Part shown: positions 54,555 through 64,000 of the stretch, in pieces
How positions within the stretch are numbered: position 1 is the first letter of the stretch
Layout: the number at the start of each line of letters is the position of its first letter
The notes under the pieces: model-generated
What the model was told of the DNA's origin: nothing
Databases searched by the model: none
Seen by the model: the letters and a program-made list of their open reading frames with translations, nothing else
Made by a program: the position numbers and the translations under genes
IMG/VR virus record: IMGVR_UViG_3300020048_003650
Span: 40,536 to 104,535 of that record
Direction: 5' to 3' (one strand)
Origin: a virus
DNA: 64,000 nt

Positions 54555-54925
54555 TTACAATTTCTGAAAGCGCAATTTCTAAAATAAAAGATATTATTAT
54601 AGAAGAAAACAATCCTAAAATTAAACTTAGAGTTGGTGTTCAGGGCGGAGGCTGTAGTGGCATGCAATACTTTTTCACTCTTGATGAAGAATATTCTGAA
54701 GAGGATGATTTTGTAATTCCAGCCGGAGATATCAACGTTATCGTTGATAGTATTAGTAGTCAATATCTACGAGGAGCCGAAATCGATTATGTAGATGATA
54801 TTCGAGGAAGCAACTTCAGTATCAATAATCCCAACGCCCAAACTAGTTGTGGATGCGGTAGTAGTTTTAACGTCAGCGATAGTTTCAACGACAACTATTA
54901 TTCCGGATACGAACATACTCAATAA
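54551..54925 (+). CDS. erpA: A-type Fe-S carrier (ErpA-like)
   Basis: VQGGGCSGMQY, NPNAQTSCGCGSSF. Confidence 0.85.
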   Translation: MITISESAISKIKDIIIEENNPKIKLRVGVQGGGCSGMQYFFTLDEEYSEEDDFVIPAGDINVIVDSISSQYLRGAEIDYVDDIRGSNFSINNPNAQTSCGCGSSFNVSDSFNDNYYSGYEHTQ

Positions 54926-54939
54926 AATAGTGATATGCC

Positions 54940-54976
54940 TTCCTCTGTCTATCGTGATAAATAATAGATAGAGGAA
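54940..54976 (+). promoter_or_regulatory. RBS-sequestering hairpin with the late promoter in its loop
   Basis: TTCCTCTGTCTAT-cgtGATAAATA-ATAGATAGAGGAA. Confidence 0.75.
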
Positions 54977-54982
54977 AAAACA

Positions 54983-57478
54983 ATGGCGATATCAGGACAA
55001 GAACCCATCAGAATTGGTCAACCCAATCAATCTGCTAATAGCGATAGTCTATACCAGGCATTTAATGCGATACAAAATAATTTTACTACAGTGTTTAATA
55101 CTGCTAGTAATATTAGTACTGTTGTTGCAGGAAACGGAATTCAAGTCTCTAATGTCGGAAACGGTGTATCAATAACAAATACCGGCGTTACTAGATTAAT
55201 CGCCGGAGATAATGTAACCATCACTAATTTAAACGGTGCCCCTGGAGCAAACGGAGCATTGGTTATTAGTAGTACCGGAACCGGCGGAAATGGTGGCGGC
55301 ACTGTTACTAGTGTCGGTATAGTTAGTAATACTCTATCTATCGTAGATACTCCGGTTATAGGTTCTGGAAACATTTCAGTAAACTTACCGACACTTGCCA
55401 ACGTATCTGGTTCCTATAGAAATCCCAATATTACCGTGGATTCAACCGGAAGAGTAGTCTCAATTGCAAACGGTTCTGTTTCTGGAACTGTGACAAGCGT
55501 TGCTGTTCAGGCAGGAACTGGCGTAACAGTTAGCGGTAGTCCTATCACTACTAGCGGAACAATAACAGTAACAAACACAGGTGTAACTAGTATTGTCGCT
55601 GGACCAGGAATAGCAATTAATCAAAGTAATGGCGCTGTTACTATTACGAATACCGGTGGTGGAGGTAGTGGAGGCGGTACAGTTACACGTGTTGGAGTAA
55701 TAAGTAACACACTCTCTGTAACTGGAAGCCCTATTATTACCAGTGGAAATATTAGTGTAGAATTACCAAATAATGCTGTATTTAGTAACGTTATCGCAAA
55801 CGCGGCCAACATCACTGATATTTTTTCTTATGGAGCAATAACAGTCGTAAAAACAGACAATAGTCCATCTATAGGAATCAATACTTTTGCTAATATCGAA
55901 GGAACTTCAAGGTTTGTTGGTAGAAAGGCACGTGGAACTCCTGCTAATCCTTTGCCTGTACTAACCAACGATATTCTCACCGGCATTGGAAGTCGAGCTT
56001 ACACTAGTTTTAATATATATCAACGTGGTTCAGGAATAGATTTTACAATGACAGGGACACCCGCTACTAGTGGGGACTCTGTTCCCTCTAGAGTCGACCT
56101 ATTTTCAGTAGATTCTTCAAATATTCGTCACGATTTAATTTTACTAGAATCCGGTAATCTTGTTTTACCTGGAAGCTTGATTCAAACTGTTATAGGTAAC
56201 GTTTCTCAAACTAGCACGTTGATTCAATCTAGGGCCAGAGGAACAAAAAGATCTTTAGTTGAATTACAAGTCGGAGACACTGTTACTAGAAATTTATTTT
56301 TTGGATACACAGGAAACGGAACTAGAACGATTGGAAACGTTCCTGGATATAGTTTTTCCTCTTCAACATACACTCAAGTAGCCGCTCTTCCTGCCGGCCC
56401 CGGACAACAAATTCCAACTGATTACTACATTTCTACGATTTCTAATAGCAATGTTTCTCTTAATGCTGTATTCAGTCATACTGGAAATTTTACGATACCA
56501 GGCTCATTCAATGGGGAAAATGCAGTTTTGTCTAATAGTATTACGGCAAATAGCGCAAATCTTGGCAATTCAGTAACAGCAAACTTTTTAATCGGTACGT
56601 TGAATACATCATCTCAGCCTAATATTACCCAGATAGGAACATTAACGACATTGTTAGTTACCGGTAATGCAAGTATAGGAAATGTTTCAGCAACTACATT
56701 TACTGGAAACTTGATTGGCAACGTTACTGGAAATATTTCTGGTAACATTGAAGTTCCAGGCGTAGATTCTGCTATTATCTTCAATGACGAGGGCGAAGCA
56801 AACAGTTCTGCTAATTTTACATTCAATAAAATATTTAACGTAGCAACACTAAACGGTAATTTAACTACCGGCAATGCTAATTTAGGAAATCTTGCCACCG
56901 CTAATTTCTTATCCGGAACTCTAGTCACCTCGTCTCAGCCTAATATTACCGAAGTTGGGACACTTATCAGTTTATCTGTAACGGGTAACGTTAACTCAGG
57001 TAACGTTATTGGCGGTAATCTAGTAACTGCTAACTTTTTAACTGGCACTCTTACTACTAGTAATCAACCTAATATTACTAGCGTTGGAACATTGACATCA
57101 CTCGCTGTAACAGGAAACGTTAATGCCGGTAATGTTAACGCCACTACTTTAGCAGGAACATTAAGTGTTCCTAGTCAAACTAATATTACTAGTGTAGGTT
57201 CATTGACTAACTTGACTGTAACTGGAAACATATCGGTAACAGGAAATGTCACTGCTAATAGAATGACTGCTAATTTGTTTACTGGAACTCTGGTTACCGG
57301 CGCTCAGCCTAATATTACTAGTGTGGGAACATTAACTAGTTTAGCCGTAACAGGAAATATCACCGCGAATGGGTTACAACTTACCAATGAGGTAACATCG
57401 AATACAACTGCGACTATTACGGCTACGGTTCCAATAGTAATTGATGGAGTAACTTACCAGATAATGCTGACTCAATAA
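54983..57478 (+). CDS. Baseplate/tail-fibre-like structural protein
   Basis: T4 gp9/gp10-like N-terminus (IRIG..DSLYQAF..I.NNF), GTVTSV and QPNITSVGTL repeats shared with 4534..10065. Confidence 0.75.
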   Translation: MAISGQEPIRIGQPNQSANSDSLYQAFNAIQNNFTTVFNTASNISTVVAGNGIQVSNVGNGVSITNTGVTRLIAGDNVTITNLNGAPGANGALVISSTGTGGNGGGTVTSVGIVSNTLSIVDTPVIGSGNISVNLPTLANVSGSYRNPNITVDSTGRVVSIANGSVSGTVTSVAVQAGTGVTVSGSPITTSGTITVTNTGVTSIVAGPGIAINQSNGAVTITNTGGGGSGGGTVTRVGVISNTLSVTGSPIITSGNISVELPNNAVFSNVIANAANITDIFSYGAITVVKTDNSPSIGINTFANIEGTSRFVGRKARGTPANPLPVLTNDILTGIGSRAYTSFNIYQRGSGIDFTMTGTPATSGDSVPSRVDLFSVDSSNIRHDLILLESGNLVLPGSLIQTVIGNVSQTSTLIQSRARGTKRSLVELQVGDTVTRNLFFGYTGNGTRTIGNVPGYSFSSSTYTQVAALPAGPGQQIPTDYYISTISNSNVSLNAVFSHTGNFTIPGSFNGENAVLSNSITANSANLGNSVTANFLIGTLNTSSQPNITQIGTLTTLLVTGNASIGNVSATTFTGNLIGNVTGNISGNIEVPGVDSAIIFNDEGEANSSANFTFNKIFNVATLNGNLTTGNANLGNLATANFLSGTLVTSSQPNITEVGTLISLSVTGNVNSGNVIGGNLVTANFLTGTLTTSNQPNITSVGTLTSLAVTGNVNAGNVNATTLAGTLSVPSQTNITSVGSLTNLTVTGNISVTGNVTANRMTANLFTGTLVTGAQPNITSVGTLTSLAVTGNITANGLQLTNEVTSNTTATITATVPIVIDGVTYQIMLTQ

Positions 57479-59362
57479 TTATTTTTTAAAGTAATTAGTT
57501 ATTTCATCACGTTCAAAATCAGTTAGAAGGTCGACATCATATTGTTTGGAGTCGATCTTTTCTATTAGATACTTGATATAATTTTCATCCTGTAGATAGG
57601 TAGTACTAGTATATCGATCTAGATTTATCCATTTAGTGCCATTAAACTTATAGACTCTGTGAGGAATCACATCAACTCTGATATAGATGTCTCCGCTTTT
57701 TGCTGAGCCAGGAAACTCAGAACCAAATAATATTAAATTCATTGGTGCATTTTTTGGTAGTATCATCTCAGGATGTTGTTCTCTGAGAGCATCAATACTT
57801 ATTAGTTTTCCATCATATTCAACATATTGCTCGTTAGGATGAAAATATTTTGATTCTTCTACGGTCACACCGGTAGTAACGATTTCTTTATCAATGTTAA
57901 TAATAGCACCGTCTCGCTGCATGGCATCGATTGTACTACGAGAAACTAATTTAGTATTTAAATCCTTAGGTTTTCTAACTTTCTTGGCCGTCACTGGCGC
58001 TGGTTGAGGAGCGCTTTCAGATTCTGGAATAGGTTCCACTATACTTGATTTAACTGATAGATTATCTGGAATAACCACGCTTTGTTTGATTTGATCAATT
58101 TGTCCAGACGATAATGGACCATCGTCTGGCTCATATTTTGGTTTTTCTACTATTTCGGGCGTGGGCGTTTCTTCTAGCAACTGGTCTAGTGATTTTCTTT
58201 TTCTATTATCACGATGATATTCAAAACTGTATTGACTCGCTAATAGTAGTAAAACAGCAAGTGGGTCGAATACGAAAATAATTATGATAATTACCCAACG
58301 AACTGCCTCCTCCAACATATTTTTATCGGCTTCATTACCATAGATAAATTCTGCAATGTATTTTACTGGTCCTACTTCTGCTTCTAGTTTACGATATTCA
58401 CCTTCCAAGCGATATTTTTTCTCAGTTAGACCATCTATTTCTGTTTGTGCCGCCCGTACTCTTTCACGTTGTTCTGTGATTAGTTTTTCTACCTCGCCAG
58501 TGTCGGTTTTACCTAATTGATCTCGTAGACGATTTATCAATCGATTGCTTTCTGCAATTTCACCCTCTACTCCTCTACGAATACGTTGTATTTCTTGTCT
58601 AGCAGCCACAATTGTAGAATTAGCATTAGCCTGTTCTAACTTTAGTATCGAATCTGCACGCTCTTTGGCCCTGGCATCTTGCCATGCTTGTATTGACCTA
58701 GCAGTTGCCGGACCCCAATTACCATCCGGTCTAGTTCCTACTAACGCCTGTGCCGCAGCAATATCTTTTGAATCTATTAATTGTTGAAGTCTAGCAATTT
58801 GTTCATCTATTTTAGTGATTTGGTCTTGAAAGAGTTTGGTCTGACTATCAATAATTTTTTGCTGTTCATCAATAGCAGGCTGAACACGATTATTGATTCC
58901 GGCAATACGCTGTTGTTCTTGATCAATTTGATTCTGTATGTTTGATTGACCACCAACACCGCCAGTTTCTATTTGTTTTATTCTAGATTCTGCACGATCT
59001 ATCAATTCAGTTTGTCTAGAAATTTCAGTAGTCATTCGCTCTACCTGAGCAACACTTTCCTGACTAGCCGTAGTTTGATCAATATGGGCCTTGCTTAAGA
59101 AGCCAAAAATGCCCATACTAGTAATAAACATTAATATTACTACTGCTATTGTTAAATATGTTTTGAGCCACCAGACCGCTTGACGCCAGTATCTATGTAG
59201 CCACACAGTTGTGACCAATTTAGCCACTTCCAGAGTGGTACCCATGATAAGTATCGGAATTACGGCCGCAGCAAAAATTGCCGCTAGTCCAGCAACTGAA
59301 TAATAGATTGCAACAGCACTAATAGTTAAAGCGGTAATCAGCGTAAGTATGGTTAAAAACAT
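57479..59362 (-). CDS. Membrane protein with long coiled coil and PG-binding-like motif
   Basis: Three N-terminal TM helices, AQALVGTRPDGNWGPAT, EVGPVKYIAE..FVFDPLAV. Confidence 0.75.
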   Translation of the reverse strand: MFLTILTLITALTISAVAIYYSVAGLAAIFAAAVIPILIMGTTLEVAKLVTTVWLHRYWRQAVWWLKTYLTIAVVILMFITSMGIFGFLSKAHIDQTTASQESVAQVERMTTEISRQTELIDRAESRIKQIETGGVGGQSNIQNQIDQEQQRIAGINNRVQPAIDEQQKIIDSQTKLFQDQITKIDEQIARLQQLIDSKDIAAAQALVGTRPDGNWGPATARSIQAWQDARAKERADSILKLEQANANSTIVAARQEIQRIRRGVEGEIAESNRLINRLRDQLGKTDTGEVEKLITEQRERVRAAQTEIDGLTEKKYRLEGEYRKLEAEVGPVKYIAEFIYGNEADKNMLEEAVRWVIIIIIFVFDPLAVLLLLASQYSFEYHRDNRKRKSLDQLLEETPTPEIVEKPKYEPDDGPLSSGQIDQIKQSVVIPDNLSVKSSIVEPIPESESAPQPAPVTAKKVRKPKDLNTKLVSRSTIDAMQRDGAIINIDKEIVTTGVTVEESKYFHPNEQYVEYDGKLISIDALREQHPEMILPKNAPMNLILFGSEFPGSAKSGDIYIRVDVIPHRVYKFNGTKWINLDRYTSTTYLQDENYIKYLIEKIDSKQYDVDLLTDFERDEITNYFKK

Positions 59363-59410
59363 ATTTTTCTCGTTGAATAGTATTTAGTCAGTGAAATTCT
59401 AACTAAATCA

Positions 59411-59638
59411 TTAGAGTTGTTGATTATTAAAGAATAAGTGTCCAAACTTACTAATGAACTCGCCCTCAGATATTATTTGACGTTTAGGGAAACTATTATT
59501 ATAATCTATCTCACAAGTGACCCAAGGCTCCGAGCCCAGACCCAAATCTCGATATTTTACTTGAATGATCTTGAGAGAACGACCATCTTCGAATGTAAAT
59601 TTTTTACCAGTGTGATTTATTAATGAACTTTCTATCAT
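59411..59638 (-). CDS. Hypothetical protein
   Basis: ORF with TAAATA motif upstream. Confidence 0.6.
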   Translation of the reverse strand: MIESSLINHTGKKFTFEDGRSLKIIQVKYRDLGLGSEPWVTCEIDYNNSFPKRQIISEGEFISKFGHLFFNNQQL

Positions 59639-59688
59639 ATTGTATTTATTAAATAATAGGTTCTTTTAATATTGTTCGATATTAAATT

Positions 59689-59952
59689 TTAATATTGGGT
59701 CTGTATCTTCGGAGGAACTTCCTCTGGCATCATCCAAAAATTTTTTTGTGGATTAACGTTGCTAGTGTATCGTTCGAACACATCAAATAACTGTTCAAAT
59801 TTCAACTGATACAGTGTTTTTAATCCCAACAATAAATTCATTAGTTCATCTTGATCTATTGGTTTATCAATTCGTTGATAGATGGTATCAATGTCGTCTA
59901 CGATATGCCAAGCGTTCATTATTGCTTGTTCTAGTTCAAACTGTTTAGTCAT
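59689..59952 (-). CDS. Hypothetical protein
   Basis: FELEQAIMNAW..LLGLKTLYQLKFEQLF; AGGA RBS. Confidence 0.7.
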   Translation of the reverse strand: MTKQFELEQAIMNAWHIVDDIDTIYQRIDKPIDQDELMNLLLGLKTLYQLKFEQLFDVFERYTSNVNPQKNFWMMPEEVPPKIQTQY

Positions 59953-60075
59953 AATATTTTCCTAGTAATAATAGATTGTACATGATATCAAATATAATTT
60001 CAATAGAGAATGGATGAACTGACGAATTGTATTATCAAATGAATGGTTAACAATTAAAATAATCGAAATCTCAGA

Positions 60076-61389
60076 TTACTTGTCATCACGAAATCTCACA
60101 AATCTAGGGAATCTGAGCGAATACGTACCGTCCTGATTCTGTGTTATGCTATCACACAATACTTCAGCGATTCTTCCAACGACATCACCACGATGTTGCC
60201 AGTATTCTGTTCTGTTGTCATCGCTGAATCCACTGCCAACATTGACTGTAATATGCTTTCCGTGATCTGTTCCGCTACATACCAGCGCTCCTAATCTACC
60301 AGAATTTCTACCAGTGCCCTCTTCCATATCAACAATTTGAAGATCGACTGTAATGGTTGGTTTCCATTTTAACCAGAATGTTGATCTCTTACATTCATAC
60401 GGGGCATCCAATGATTTGATCATGATTCCCTCGTATCCTAGAACAACCTGATCTCTAGCATATCTTTCTAGTTGATTTTTTCCCTCACTTGTATCCAGAT
60501 CAACAGTGATAGATGATAATAGTTCTACGTTTGGCATTTTATCAACAGTGAACTCTATTCTATCTAGTGCGGTTCTTAGTCTAGTTTTTAGTGGTGCGTT
60601 CCAGTGTCCGCGAGTAAAATCCATCATGGGTACGAAATCAAATACGTGAAAAACACAGTCGTCTGCCTGGGCGCCTTCTTTTTTTCGTGCCTGTTTCATC
60701 AATGCTTGAAAACTCTTGCCGACAACTTCTCCGTCAAGAACAAAATTATCATGACCAGTTCTGGCAATTAACTCCGGCATATGATCTAATAGTTGTTGTT
60801 CAATATGTGCAAAATTCTCAAAGAGTTTTCCATTTCTACTGTATGACAACACGCCGGTAGGAGAGCATATCATCAATACTCGAACACCGTCTAATTTAGG
60901 CTCTAAACGTTTTACTCCAGACATTTCTGGACGATCGGTACAATCGGTTGCTAATTGACAACCAAAAATAGGAATCTCATACTTAGTTCGTTTACAAACT
61001 TTATTGATAGTTTTATCGCTAATACCAGAACGTAGGTCTTTAGTTAACACACCGACACAAAAATTATTCCAATTATCGCTGGTAAATCTAGTACTAATCT
61101 CTTCAATTGAATCTCTGGCGGCGTGACCCGTAAGTTCTCTACGTTTTAATTTCCATAATAAATCAGCAAATTCTTGCCAGGGATTATCAACATCAATAAT
61201 TCCAATAGTAGTAGGTATCTGCTTGACACCAAATGTTGTCATGGGATCATATGCAACTTTTAAAAAGGATAAAAACGTATCGGCATCTTGATTACCCAGT
61301 ATTGTGAGTTCAAGTGCCTGCTTTAAAATATCCTCTTTGTGTAATCTACTATCACTTTCGTTTAATCTGTGTATCCAATTTGCGCTCAT
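60076..61389 (-). CDS. ATP-dependent DNA ligase
   Basis: EPKLDGVR, SRNGK, LDGE, YEGIMIK, WLKWKP, VGSGF, SLRFPRF. Confidence 0.96.
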   Translation of the reverse strand: MSANWIHRLNESDSRLHKEDILKQALELTILGNQDADTFLSFLKVAYDPMTTFGVKQIPTTIGIIDVDNPWQEFADLLWKLKRRELTGHAARDSIEEISTRFTSDNWNNFCVGVLTKDLRSGISDKTINKVCKRTKYEIPIFGCQLATDCTDRPEMSGVKRLEPKLDGVRVLMICSPTGVLSYSRNGKLFENFAHIEQQLLDHMPELIARTGHDNFVLDGEVVGKSFQALMKQARKKEGAQADDCVFHVFDFVPMMDFTRGHWNAPLKTRLRTALDRIEFTVDKMPNVELLSSITVDLDTSEGKNQLERYARDQVVLGYEGIMIKSLDAPYECKRSTFWLKWKPTITVDLQIVDMEEGTGRNSGRLGALVCSGTDHGKHITVNVGSGFSDDNRTEYWQHRGDVVGRIAEVLCDSITQNQDGTYSLRFPRFVRFRDDK

Positions 61390-61411
61390 TGTATTTCCTA
61401 TTTGTTAATGA

Positions 61412-61720
61412 TCAAAGATCGTTGACTATCTTGACTGAACCCCTATTTTCTATCTCCGTAATCAATCTATCAAACACGCCGGTGGTATATCCGCTCATGC
61501 CACGAGAGTTTTTATTACAGTGATAGACACTACCGGATTCATTATGAATCTCGTAGTATGTTTCTTTATCAATAATTTCAGTGATACCGCTACTAAGTCT
61601 CCAACTGTCACCGTCTAGATATCCACCGTACCAACTGGCCATTATCTTACGTGTAATCTCCTGACTGTCGTTGAATTTTAATTCTAGAATTTCCCAGAGA
61701 TCAGGCGTGTAATTACTCAT
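61412..61720 (-). CDS. Phage hypothetical protein
   Basis: WYGGYLDGDSWRLSSGI..SGSVYHC. Confidence 0.75.
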   Translation of the reverse strand: MSNYTPDLWEILELKFNDSQEITRKIMASWYGGYLDGDSWRLSSGITEIIDKETYYEIHNESGSVYHCNKNSRGMSGYTTGVFDRLITEIENRGSVKIVNDL

Positions 61721-62364
61721 TTATCGTCCTTGGTATTTCTTTCTGTTATTGTGTAAAACCAATCATCGCCGGCAGACCACTTTCTGGACCCGTCTACAGT
61801 CCACACAGTTTGAGCAGATTTAAAGTCTGGGAATTTAACATCACCGGAAATTAAACTTTGATCATACCAAAGGCATCTGTTGTTGGGTTGTGATGCAAAT
61901 TGACCATTGTCTAATTTAATAAAATTAAAACTCTTATGTTCTTCAGCAACTTCAGTGAATCCTGTGTCCACATCCATGCCGTCAGCGCAAAAATCTACAG
62001 TAAACAAATATTGGCCAAAATGCCACTGTTTATCTTTGCCTAAAAATTTTACTCCAAGATTTCTGAGTCCGATCTTTTCTACAATTGTGAATCTGTAACC
62101 CATACAGTCCCATAATTGCAGTGTGTCGATAGGTAAGGTAATGGAATAATCTTCCTTCCACACATATGCATGTATAGGCAACTTGTCGTAGAGAGCGCCG
62201 TAATTAGGCAATAACGACTCAATACGGAATACCTGACCACGCAAGGCCTTCAAACTAACCCAAATAGCCGGCTCAAGTTCACCATGACCTTTTTCAAAAT
62301 TGTAAAGAAACTCTCTCTTGACCCAACATTTAATAGGAGGTAATGATCCTACAATATAACTCAT
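61717..62364 (-). CDS. Phage hypothetical protein
   Basis: GALYDKLP, LQLWDC, YLFTVD, EHKS, QPNNR. Confidence 0.8.
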   Translation of the reverse strand: MSYIVGSLPPIKCWVKREFLYNFEKGHGELEPAIWVSLKALRGQVFRIESLLPNYGALYDKLPIHAYVWKEDYSITLPIDTLQLWDCMGYRFTIVEKIGLRNLGVKFLGKDKQWHFGQYLFTVDFCADGMDVDTGFTEVAEEHKSFNFIKLDNGQFASQPNNRCLWYDQSLISGDVKFPDFKSAQTVWTVDGSRKWSAGDDWFYTITERNTKDDK

Positions 62365-62372
62365 GATCTATC

Positions 62373-63026
62373 CTAGAAATTTTTAGAAGCCAACACAATC
62401 TTGCAAATATGTTCAAGTCGTTCGATATGTTCATATGCACGCCAGGGACTTGTATCAACAGCAACTACTCCGTGTCTATCCATGCCAATGATATTGTATT
62501 TTATTTCGCCAGTTTTTTCATTTAATCCAATGTTCTCGATACATGCATCAGCTAGATCTTGTGTAATAGGCGGCAACATAGGAACTGTTGGGCCTACTGT
62601 AGTATAACGACTCAATTCTGGAAATTCGTTCAGTAGATTCTGTAGGTCAATACCTGCATACATTGCCGCTGTAGTATACGTGGGGTGAAAGTGCATGATT
62701 ACACGTACTTCTGTATCGATGTTTTTCTGTAGACCAAAGTGCATAGGCAATTCACCACTTGGTCTCAGATTGGCACTGATATCAGTGTACGGCATATCTT
62801 CCCAGCTATATAAAAATTCTGAATCGACTAGACCTCGGGTTTCGATAGCGCGGTTAATTTTAATCTTCTTAAACTGGTCTGGCTGCAGAGTCTGCTTACG
62901 CACACCTGAGGGTGTAACATAAAAGTGATCTCTGCCGTGATGACGAATACTTACATTACCGTCACGACTAGTAATCCAGTTACGCTTGTAAGCGTCTATC
63001 ATGATATCACATATTGTTTCTAACAT
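62373..63026 (-). CDS. Class II aldolase/adducin family
   Basis: DGNVS, TPSG, PSGELPMH, HFHP, HGV. Confidence 0.9.
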   Translation of the reverse strand: MLETICDIMIDAYKRNWITSRDGNVSIRHHGRDHFYVTPSGVRKQTLQPDQFKKIKINRAIETRGLVDSEFLYSWEDMPYTDISANLRPSGELPMHFGLQKNIDTEVRVIMHFHPTYTTAAMYAGIDLQNLLNEFPELSRYTTVGPTVPMLPPITQDLADACIENIGLNEKTGEIKYNIIGMDRHGVVAVDTSPWRAYEHIERLEHICKIVLASKNF

Positions 63027-63029
63027 TAA

Positions 63030-63200
63030 TTATTCTCCATAATATTTTTTATCTTGCTTAGCCAATTCTGGCTCATTCCATACATTACGATTATTCCATT
63101 CTCGAACTTTATTTAAGCGTTCTTCTTCAGTTAGTTCATAACATCTAGGATTACGGTCAGGCTGTCGTAATGATTCTATACCTCTTTTAAAGAAATTCAT
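63030..63200 (-). CDS. 56-aa hypothetical protein (not in ORF track)
   Basis: MNFFKRGIESLRQPDRNPRCYEL... read directly; supplies the RBS for the aldolase. Confidence 0.5.
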   Translation of the reverse strand: MNFFKRGIESLRQPDRNPRCYELTEEERLNKVREWNNRNVWNEPELAKQDKKYYGE

Positions 63201-63436
63201 CATTCAATTCCAAAATGTTCTCGGATTCTGTGAATGTGTCCAACGGATTGCCGATATTGTACAGTATGTTGTGGATCACGAGCGGTAGTTAATTGGACAC
63301 ATTTGATACATTCCAGGACAATCAACTCGGCAAACTCTTTATATTGTGCCATTTTAATTGCTTGCATGTCTTCGTGTTGCCAGTTGACTTTGAATCCAGA
63401 TTGTCTAGCAAATTCTTTAATTAGTTCATTGTTCAT
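63200..63436 (-). CDS. Hypothetical protein
   Basis: KEFAELIVLEC..IREHFGIE. Confidence 0.7.
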   Translation of the reverse strand: MNNELIKEFARQSGFKVNWQHEDMQAIKMAQYKEFAELIVLECIKCVQLTTARDPQHTVQYRQSVGHIHRIREHFGIE

Positions 63437-63555
63437 TTTTCAACTCCTCAACCAACTGTTGAATTTCTTCGTGCCATTCAGGGTTACGCTGTACGATTTC
63501 CTCTAGTACAGCGTCTAACTCTGCCAAACTTCGTTTAGTCAAAGGATTGGTCATT

Positions 63556-63936
63556 TTATACCTTTGAAATATTGTTCAAAAACTCATCTGTATCCCAAAT
63601 TTTTCCATATTCGTAGTCAGCTAATAACTGTTGATTTAATTTGAACCACTCTAATATTCTTTTCATAGTGTCTACTTTAATCCATCTCGGTATCTGCGTT
63701 GGGTCATAATCAAGACTAGGCATTTGAATTACAAAAGTATCATTATCATCATATCTACCCGGAGTTCGTGATATTTTGACTCTAAGCCCATGCTGTTTAT
63801 TGGTCTTGCCTACAAAAATATAAACATTTTCAATTCCATGTCGTTTTGGTCCCACGTTGGCCATTTCGTGAATCAAATCCTCAGATTCTTCTAAACGAAC
63901 CATGTCGATATATTTTTTTAGTTCTTCGTCAATCAT
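63556..63936 (-). CDS. Hypothetical protein with IHE-MAN processing-like site
   Basis: LIHEMANVG..HGLRVKIS. Confidence 0.7.
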   Translation of the reverse strand: MIDEELKKYIDMVRLEESEDLIHEMANVGPKRHGIENVYIFVGKTNKQHGLRVKISRTPGRYDDNDTFVIQMPSLDYDPTQIPRWIKVDTMKRILEWFKLNQQLLADYEYGKIWDTDEFLNNISKV

Positions 63937-64000
63937 TCTTGAACGCCGAAAAATTCATTATAAGTTTTTCGTTCTTTATTAAGATCAACACGAGTAATGC

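Noticed and set aside
1-64000. tRNA, tmRNA or rRNA genes
   Set aside because: No cloverleaf or T-loop GTTCGA context was recognised by eye in the intergenic gaps; tRNAscan-SE would be needed to exclude them

Overview
A 64-kb, AT-rich, gene-dense segment of a large (jumbo, T4-like in regulatory style) tailed phage genome in the standard genetic code. The porin, OmpA, rubrerythrin and desaturase look betaproteobacterial, which suggests a Burkholderiales-type host (inference). In order it contains: the 3' end of a class III nucleotide cyclase; an HNH/NUMOD3 homing endonuclease; porin and OmpA; a 1843-aa repetitive tail-fibre-like gene; an array of near-identical palindrome + sigma70 promoter + RBS cassettes driving small ORFs (11.3-14.2 kb); a host-like proteostasis/translation/Fe-S block (ClpX, bS21, IscU interrupted by an intein, PDF, IscA, Hsp20 with a ROSE-like thermometer, ClpS, two ClpPs); a tandem family of about 13 small proteins ending in F-x-L-[KR]-W; a 12-kb DNA-methylation/restriction island; nucleotide and lipid metabolism genes; late genes with capsid-targeting-like N-termini (amidoligase, GNAT, ART-like, SOD); a second fibre gene; DNA ligase; and a class II aldolase. 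The strongest candidate new system is the methylation island. It appears to encode a split gamma-class adenine MTase, with one SAM-binding half and three interchangeable catalytic/target-recognition halves. Several MTase genes seem to be on leaderless early transcripts, and the genes are joined by recurring junction repeats. The island surrounds a late-expressed PD-(D/E)xK nuclease that may be packaged in the virion. All family calls come from motifs recognised by eye; no searches were run.
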